A stretch of 64,000 bases of DNA, from NCBI GenBank assembly GCA_965198065.1, contig CBDAON010000004.1, positions 2,432,001 through 2,496,000 of the forward strand. Direction: 5' to 3'. This DNA comes from Longimicrobiales bacterium. Lineage in GTDB: Bacteria; Gemmatimonadota; Gemmatimonadetes; Longimicrobiales; Gaopeijiaceae. The first letter of the stretch is position 1; the number at the start of each line of letters is the position of its first letter. The position numbers and the translations under genes are program-made. Shown piece by piece: positions 57,991 through 64,000 of this stretch. The notes under the pieces were generated by a model. It saw only the letters and a program-made list of their open reading frames with translations, ran no database searches and was not told the DNA's origin.

Positions 57991-58830
57991 TCAGCCCGAG
58001 AGCTCTTCGACGATTCGGTCGCCGGCGATCCGATGCCCGACCCAGAAGCTCCCGAACTCGGCGTAGAGCGCGCTCACCTCGTCGTATCGCATCTCCGTCA
58101 CGAGCGCCTTCAGGTCGAGGGGGCTCACCGCAAAGAGAGTGACCCCCCACTCCCAATCGTCCATTCCCACGGACCCCGAAATGATCTGAGAGATCCGGCC
58201 GGCGTAGCGGCGTCCCGTGTTTCCGTGCTCCACCATGAGGGCGGCCCGCTCGGCCATGGGAAGCGAGTACCAGTTCTGTCCCACCTTTCGCCGCTTGTCC
58301 ATCGGATAGAAGCAGACGTACGGCATCTCGTCCGGCTGAGTGGGGTGGAGGCGGGCCTGGACGTACTTCTTCGCCGCCTCTTCGGCCAGCGCCTCGTCCA
58401 CCATGGCCTGCCACGACTCGGACCCCGTATCGACCCCGCGCTCCTGGGCATCCTTAAGGAGCGCGTTCGTGAGCGAGTAGAGGCCCAGCTCGACCACCGA
58501 GACGTAGTCCGCCGTCGGTACGAGCTCCTCGGAGAGCGAGCTCCCTCGGATCTCCCGCTCCACCTGGCCCAGCGCCTCGAGGGAAGAACGGAAGTGGAGG
58601 AGCAGGATGTCGGCCCCGCCGCCCACGATACGGTAGAGCCCGCTCCAACCCTCGCTTCCCAGGTCCTCCCGGCTCCGGAGGAGCTGCGCCAGATCCTCGA
58701 CCCGGGACTGGAAGCCTCCCGCCGCGCCGTCGTCCTCGAACGCGCGGGGCGCGATGGGCTCGACCCGGAAGAACTGGTGGAGGACGTACCAGCCGTCCAG
58801 GACGTAGGGAGCGAGGATCGGATGCGCCAT
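57991..58830 (-). CDS. chdC: Coproheme decarboxylase / chlorite dismutase family (ChdC/HemQ)
   Basis: GWYVLHQF, SVVELGLY, CFYPMDKRR, NWY, GSVGMDDWEWGVTL, MRYDEVSALYAEFG. Confidence 0.85.
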   Translation of the reverse strand: MAHPILAPYVLDGWYVLHQFFRVEPIAPRAFEDDGAAGGFQSRVEDLAQLLRSREDLGSEGWSGLYRIVGGGADILLLHFRSSLEALGQVEREIRGSSLSEELVPTADYVSVVELGLYSLTNALLKDAQERGVDTGSESWQAMVDEALAEEAAKKYVQARLHPTQPDEMPYVCFYPMDKRRKVGQNWYSLPMAERAALMVEHGNTGRRYAGRISQIISGSVGMDDWEWGVTLFAVSPLDLKALVTEMRYDEVSALYAEFGSFWVGHRIAGDRIVEELSG

Positions 58831-59070
58831 GGATGCGGGTCGGGCCTCGACGGGTCGTGGACGAGTCGCGCGGGGTCGCGACGCGACGCCCGGAAACGCT
58901 GCCGCTCGGAAGGTCTCCCCGCGGCGCGCCCGTGGCAAGAAGGGCCGGATGAGCGGGCGGGCGCCGGCCGAAGGGCCGGGCCGAAACGTCGGGCTGCTGT
59001 CCTGGAGCGGCCGGGCACGAACGCGCCGGGCGCCCTGGCGAGGCGGCGCCCTTCGGGGCACATTGACACG

Positions 59071-59835
59071 ATGTCCCGCCTTCTCGTCAACTGCCTGCTC
59101 TACATCACGTTCCTCGGCGCGTGCGAGCCGTCGACGGGGGCCGGGACGATCGAGATCCTGAGGGTCCTCCCGCACGATACGTCCGCGTATACGCAGGGGC
59201 TGCTCCTCCACGAGGGGCGGCTCTACGAGAGCACCGGTCAATACGGAACGTCCACCCTCCGCGAGGTGGAGATCGAGAGCGGCCGCGCGATCCGGAGCGT
59301 CGAGGTTCCGGACAACTACTTTGCGGAGGGGCTGGCGCTCGTCGGGGACCGGTTGATTCAGCTCACCTGGAAGGAAGGGGTGGCGCTGGCGTACGACCTC
59401 GAGACGTTCCGGCAGGAGGAAGGATTCCGCTACGAGGGGGAGGGGTGGGGACTCTGTTACGACGGTTCGTCACTCTACATGACGACGGGGGGCTCGATCC
59501 TCTACCGGCGGGACCCCGTCACGTTCGAGGTTCTGGACACCAAGCAGATCCTCCGGGACGGCCGCTCCCTTTCTGGCGTGAACGAGCTCGAATGCGTGGG
59601 TGACCACATTCTCGGGAACGTGTACCAGACGACCGACATCGTGCGGATCGACAAGGCGACCGGCCTCGTCGTGGAGGAAATCGACGCATCGAACGCCGTT
59701 CCTCCCGGAGGACGCCCCAGGACGGCCGACGCGGTCCTGAACGGGATCGCGTACGATCCGGCGCGCGGCGTCTACTACATAACCGGGAAGCGCTGGCCGG
59801 CCCTCTTCGAGGTCCGTTTGGTCCCCGGGAGCTGA
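59071..59835 (+). CDS. Glutaminyl-peptide cyclotransferase (beta-propeller type), lipoprotein
   Basis: Lipobox LGAC; YTQGL, ESTG, FAEG, QLTW, EGWG, NELE, VLNGIAYD, TGKRW. Confidence 0.93.
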   Translation: MSRLLVNCLLYITFLGACEPSTGAGTIEILRVLPHDTSAYTQGLLLHEGRLYESTGQYGTSTLREVEIESGRAIRSVEVPDNYFAEGLALVGDRLIQLTWKEGVALAYDLETFRQEEGFRYEGEGWGLCYDGSSLYMTTGGSILYRRDPVTFEVLDTKQILRDGRSLSGVNELECVGDHILGNVYQTTDIVRIDKATGLVVEEIDASNAVPPGGRPRTADAVLNGIAYDPARGVYYITGKRWPALFEVRLVPGS

Positions 59836-59920
59836 GGGGCCGCGCGAGGGACGTCGGGGAGCCCGGGCGACGAGCCGGGCCTACGGGCATGAGATCACCC
59901 CACCCAACGGAGGCCAGGCG

Positions 59921-60967
59921 TTGAAGACCCGCGGAGAGGCGCTGAGGGACTATGTGCTCCGTCGGCTTCTTCTCATGGTCCCCACCTTCATCGGGATCAC
60001 GTTCGCCGTGTTCCTGCTCACCCAGTTCGTGCCCGGTGGCCAGATCGACCAGCTGCGGATGAGGCTCGCGGGGGCCGGAGGAGGGGGGGAGGTCGCTGCG
60101 GGGGGGAGCGGCCAGCTCCAGCTCGTCATTCCCGAGGAGCAGCTTCAGCAGCTGAACGAGTACTACGGCTTCGACGAGCCGATTCCCGTCGCTTACGCGA
60201 CATGGCTCTGGGACGCGGTCCGCCTGGACCTGGGTCAGTCGTTCCGGTACAGCGAGCCCGTCATCCAGGTCATCGCCGACCGGCTCCCGGTCTCGATCTA
60301 CTACGGCCTGATCACCGCATTCTTCACGTACGGGATCTGCATTCCGCTTGGAATCCTGAAAGCGATCCGACATCGAACGACGCTCGACAACGCGACCTCG
60401 GTTCTCATCTTCGTCGGGTACGCCGTCCCCGGCTTCGCGCTGGGTGCGGTTCTGAGCAACCTCCTGGCCGTACGGCTGCCGATCTTTCCCCTGGGCGGCT
60501 TCCAATCCGCGGGTGCCTCGGACCTTCCGTTCTTACAGCAGGCCCTTGATGTGGTCCAGCACTCCGTGCTCCCGCTCATCGCTTACCTGGCGGGATCGTT
60601 CGCGGTCACGACGATGCTCATGAAGAACAGCCTCATCGAGAACATGAGCTCGGACTACGTGAAGACCGCACTGGCCAAGGGGCTCACGTGGAAGCGCGCG
60701 GTGTTCGTGCACGCCCTCCGGAACTCGCTCATTCCGATGGCGACGACGGTGGGAGGCCTCCTCGGCATCTTCCTCACCGGGAGCTTCCTGATCGAGCGGG
60801 TCTTCAACATCCAGGGGGTGGGCCTCCTCGCCTTCGAGGCCATCCAGGCCCGCGACTTCCCTGTCATCCTCGGCTTCCTTGTGATCTCGAGCGTGCTCCT
60901 CATGGTCGGGAACCTGTTCTCGGATCTCGCCGTGGCCTTCGTCGATCCCCGGGTTCGCTTCGAGTAG
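59921..60967 (+). CDS. Peptide ABC transporter permease (YejB/OppB-like)
   Basis: LDLGQSF, DYVKTALAKGL, HALRNS, DPRVRF. Confidence 0.92.
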   Translation: MKTRGEALRDYVLRRLLLMVPTFIGITFAVFLLTQFVPGGQIDQLRMRLAGAGGGGEVAAGGSGQLQLVIPEEQLQQLNEYYGFDEPIPVAYATWLWDAVRLDLGQSFRYSEPVIQVIADRLPVSIYYGLITAFFTYGICIPLGILKAIRHRTTLDNATSVLIFVGYAVPGFALGAVLSNLLAVRLPIFPLGGFQSAGASDLPFLQQALDVVQHSVLPLIAYLAGSFAVTTMLMKNSLIENMSSDYVKTALAKGLTWKRAVFVHALRNSLIPMATTVGGLLGIFLTGSFLIERVFNIQGVGLLAFEAIQARDFPVILGFLVISSVLLMVGNLFSDLAVAFVDPRVRFE

Positions 60968-60973
60968 ACCGAG

Positions 60974-62338
60974 ATGGCCTGGATCCGCCTCGACCCGATC
61001 ACGCGAAAGCGCCTTCAGCGGTTTCGCCGCATCAAGCGGGGGTATTACTCCTTCCTGATCCTGGCCGCGGGGATGGTCCTTTCCGTCTTCGCCCCCTATC
61101 TGGCGGAGAGTCGCGCCCTGTTCGTGTGGCACGAGGGCCGGCCGTACTTCCCGACGTTCGAGTTCTACCCGATGAACACGTTCGCCCAGGAGCCGCCGCC
61201 TGCGTGGGGGATGGGCGATCTGGAGACCGAGTACCTCAGGCTCAAGCGCGAGTGGGACCTCGAGCGCTTCCTCTACGAGCGCGAGCTGGGCGAGGTAGGC
61301 GCAGACGCGGGCGCGGCCCAGGCTCTCGACTCGGGGTACCCGAACCGGGGGAGCTACGTCATCATGCCGCCGATCCCCTGGGATCCGTTCCAGAGCGACT
61401 TCTGGCCGAACGAGATCCTGAACGAGATCGACGTCCTCCTGGAGAGGGGCGACCGTATCGGGGCGGAGCACCTCGCTCGGCGGGATGGGCTCGAAGAGCT
61501 TGGGGACGCGATCTATTCGGGTGAGATCGAGGCTCTGCTCTCCAGCCCCGAGCTGTCGTCCACCGGGGACGTCAGGGGGCTCGTGGCGACGGGAGCCATG
61601 ACATCTCTCGCCGGACTGGGGGTCGTTCCGCCGAATCCGCCCGAGTGGGATCGTCGGCACTACCTGGGCACGGACTCCCAGGGCAGAGATGTGGCGTCCC
61701 GGCTGCTCTACGGCTTCCGGATCTCGATCTTCTTCGCCCTCTTCCTGGTGCTCTTCGGTCAGGCCATCGGGACGGTGGTGGGGAGCATCCAGGGCTATGT
61801 GGGGGGCCGGTTCGACATCCTGAGCCAGCGGGCGATCGAGGTGCTCCTTTCGATCCCCATGCTCTACGTCGTGATCATCATGGCAGCGCTCTTCCAGCCG
61901 ACGTTCTGGATGCTGCTCGGGATCCTGGCGCTCACCCAGTGGATCGCGATCACCTTCTTTATGCGTACGGAGATGTACCGGGAGAAGACGCGCGAGTACT
62001 GCCTGGCCGCCCGCTCCTACGGGGCCTCGCACCTCAGGATCATCTTCCGACATCTTCTCCCGAACGCACTCACGCCGCTCGTGACGTTCACGCCCTTCGC
62101 GGTCGTCGCCGCGATCTTCGCGCTGACTGCCCTGGACTACCTCGGGTACGGCCTGCCGCCGCCCACTCCGAGCTGGGGCGAGCTGATCGACCAGGCGCTA
62201 CAGGTCGAGAACCGGGACAGGCTGTGGCTCACGTTCGCTCCGTTCGGCGCGCTCACCTTCACGCTCGTATTGGTGGTGTTCATCGGTGAGTCGGTCCGGG
62301 AGGCGTTCGACCCCAAGCAATACGCGCGCTACGAGTAG
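60974..62338 (+). CDS. Peptide ABC transporter permease (YejE/OppC-like)
   Basis: LGTDSQGRDV, YGFRIS, HLLPN, PPTPSWG, GESVREAFDP. Confidence 0.92.
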   Translation: MAWIRLDPITRKRLQRFRRIKRGYYSFLILAAGMVLSVFAPYLAESRALFVWHEGRPYFPTFEFYPMNTFAQEPPPAWGMGDLETEYLRLKREWDLERFLYERELGEVGADAGAAQALDSGYPNRGSYVIMPPIPWDPFQSDFWPNEILNEIDVLLERGDRIGAEHLARRDGLEELGDAIYSGEIEALLSSPELSSTGDVRGLVATGAMTSLAGLGVVPPNPPEWDRRHYLGTDSQGRDVASRLLYGFRISIFFALFLVLFGQAIGTVVGSIQGYVGGRFDILSQRAIEVLLSIPMLYVVIIMAALFQPTFWMLLGILALTQWIAITFFMRTEMYREKTREYCLAARSYGASHLRIIFRHLLPNALTPLVTFTPFAVVAAIFALTALDYLGYGLPPPTPSWGELIDQALQVENRDRLWLTFAPFGALTFTLVLVVFIGESVREAFDPKQYARYE

Positions 62339-62352
62339 GAGGCCATACGAAC

Positions 62353-64000
62353 ATGAAGACGAGGCGTTCGATCCGACCGACTCTCATCGCACTGGCCGCG
62401 CTGGCCGCGACCGCACCGGCGCTGGCGAAGGTTGTCGTCTCTCCCGCTCAGACGGCGGTAGAGGCCGCCCCCCAGGAGGTCGTCACGCTCCCCGACGACA
62501 TCGTCTGGGTGACGAACATGGACGACCCTGTGATCGGCTCGCCCGACGCGATCCGCGGCGGCACGATCAACCTGCCGCTGGGGGCCTACCCGCTCACGTT
62601 CCGGCTCATGGGGCCGAACTCGAACGACGCCTTCGCCGGGTGGAACCGGTCCTTCACGTTCGACTTCGGCCTCGTGAGAAGGCATCCGGTGACCGGTCGG
62701 TACATACCGAAGATGGCCACGCACTGGTCCATCCAGGACGATCAGCGGACGATCTACTTCCGACTGGATCCGGACGCCCGGTGGAGCGACGGAGAGCCGA
62801 TCACCACGGACGACTACGTCTTCACGCTGGAGATGATGCGGTCGCCGCACATCATCGATCCGTTCTACAACCAATACTCGGAGCTTTACTTCGAGTCGAT
62901 CGACAAGATCGACGACTACACGCTCAGGATCGTCGGCGCGCGCCCCAGCTGGCGTCCCCTGTACGACTACGGCGAGCTCTTTCCAACCCCCGAGCACGCC
63001 ACCGTTCTTGACGAGACCTGGGTCGACCGAACCACGAACGAGCCGCAGATCACTGTCGGGCCGTACGTCGTCTCGGAGGTGTCCCGCGGGGAGTCGGTGA
63101 CCTTCGAGCGCATCGACGACTGGTGGGGCGACGACAAGCGGTACTTCCAGGGCCTCTTTAACGTGGACAGAATTCACCTCACGATGGTCCCGCTCGAGCG
63201 GATGCTCGACTTCCTCCGGAGCGGGGACATCGACTTCATCTACGAGAGCACGGCACGGACCTGGAACGAGGAGTACGACTTTCTTGCCATTCGCAACGGC
63301 TGGATTCGTCGGGCGCGGGTGTTCCTGGAGACCCCGGTTGGCATGAGCGGTCTCCACATGAACCTCGAGGCGCCGATCTTTCAGAACAAGGACTTCCGGA
63401 AGGCGATGCAGTACCTCTTCAACTTCGAGCGCCTGAACCGGAACCTCATGTACAACGAGTATTTCCGGCTGAACTCGTTCTTCCAGGGAACTGAGTATGC
63501 CAATCCCGGCGTCCAGCCCTACCCCTTCGACCCCGTGCGAGCGAGGGAGCACCTCGAGCGGGCGGGATACCGCCGTCCGGAGGAGATCCGGAGCGGAAAC
63601 CTCTTCTCGGGGCTGGGGAACGTGGTTCGAGGGCTGCTCTTCACTCGCTCGAGCACGGACGATGTGCTCGTGAACGAGCAGGGCCAGAAAGCGAGCTTCG
63701 AGCTCGTCTACGGAACCGCGAGCTTCACCCGGCACCTGACCGTTATGCAGCAGGAGTACCGACGCGCGGGCGTAGACATCCGCCTTCGGCTCCTCGAGCC
63801 CGGCACCGCGTTCGAGCGCGGGCTCGAGCGCAAGTACGAGATGTCGATGACCGGTCGCACGGCCAATTTCTATCCGGACCCCAGGCAGTACTTCCACACG
63901 GAGTTCCAGCCGACGACCAACAACAACAACATCTGGGGATTCGGCACGGCGGTGGTGGATTCCCTTATCGCGATCTACGAGGACGACCTGGACTTCGAGG
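62353..64000 (+). CDS. Family 5 extracellular solute-binding protein (YejA-like), runs off the window
   Basis: ATG at 62353, MKTRRSIRPTLIALAALAA signal; PLTFRLMGPNSN, RLDPDARWSDGEPIT; absent from the ORF track because it has no stop in the window. Confidence 0.88.
   Translation, partial: MKTRRSIRPTLIALAALAATAPALAKVVVSPAQTAVEAAPQEVVTLPDDIVWVTNMDDPVIGSPDAIRGGTINLPLGAYPLTFRLMGPNSNDAFAGWNRSFTFDFGLVRRHPVTGRYIPKMATHWSIQDDQRTIYFRLDPDARWSDGEPITTDDYVFTLEMMRSPHIIDPFYNQYSELYFESIDKIDDYTLRIVGARPSWRPLYDYGELFPTPEHATVLDETWVDRTTNEPQITVGPYVVSEVSRGESVTFERIDDWWGDDKRYFQGLFNVDRIHLTMVPLERMLDFLRSGDIDFIYESTARTWNEEYDFLAIRNGWIRRARVFLETPVGMSGLHMNLEAPIFQNKDFRKAMQYLFNFERLNRNLMYNEYFRLNSFFQGTEYANPGVQPYPFDPVRAREHLERAGYRRPEEIRSGNLFSGLGNVVRGLLFTRSSTDDVLVNEQGQKASFELVYGTASFTRHLTVMQQEYRRAGVDIRLRLLEPGTAFERGLERKYEMSMTGRTANFYPDPRQYFHTEFQPTTNNNNIWGFGTAVVDSLIAIYEDDLDFE

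Noticed and set aside
58033..59070. N-terminal extension giving a 600-aa glutaminyl cyclase fusion
   Set aside because: The extension is antisense to chdC; the real start with a lipoprotein signal is at 59071
62329..63897. 522-aa minus-strand ORF
   Set aside because: Antisense shadow of the + strand solute-binding protein starting at 62353
1..64000. CRISPR array, cas genes, retron or DGR
   Set aside because: No regularly spaced repeat-spacer array and no reverse transcriptase or Cas motifs were seen; the repeats at 12962-13021 are only pairs

Overview
High-GC bacterial DNA; the gene repertoire suggests Gemmatimonadota or a related FCB/Acidobacteriota-like lineage (inference, no database search). 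Zone 1 (1-3.9 kb) is the rearranged tail of a quinohemoprotein amine dehydrogenase (qhp)-like cluster: beta-propeller subunit, ABC exporter, leader-processing subtilisin. Zone 2 (4-27 kb) is a mosaic accessory region bounded by two inverted IS256-family copies. It holds three IS3-family copies, one interrupted by an intact passenger-carrying IS1595 with an 8-bp target duplication. It also has half-tRNA att scars (Val, Cys), an integrase fragment, two terminase-small-subunit-like ORFs, repeated protein C-terminal tail remnants, M28 peptidases, an NHL protein and lemA/DUF2207. Zone 3 (27-64 kb) is mostly core-like: amidohydrolase, thiolase, a Fur-box-preceded imelysin-DHOR-imelysin-HTTM operon, thrABC with a Thr-rich leader attenuator, rhomboid, ArfB-like factor, HEAT-cyclophilin, TetR-TolC-MFP-RND, DUF4159, ChdC, glutaminyl cyclase and a YejABE-like ABC importer. 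The most unusual signals are (a) a ~157-nt highly base-paired RNA-like element with its own promoter inside the IS1595 cargo, (b) a small IS1595 ORF on a segment that, if flipped at its short inverted repeats, becomes translationally coupled to the transposase, and (c) further micro-inversions at short inverted repeats. Many frameshifts in 1-42 kb, including thrC, may be assembly errors, so pseudogene calls are tentative.
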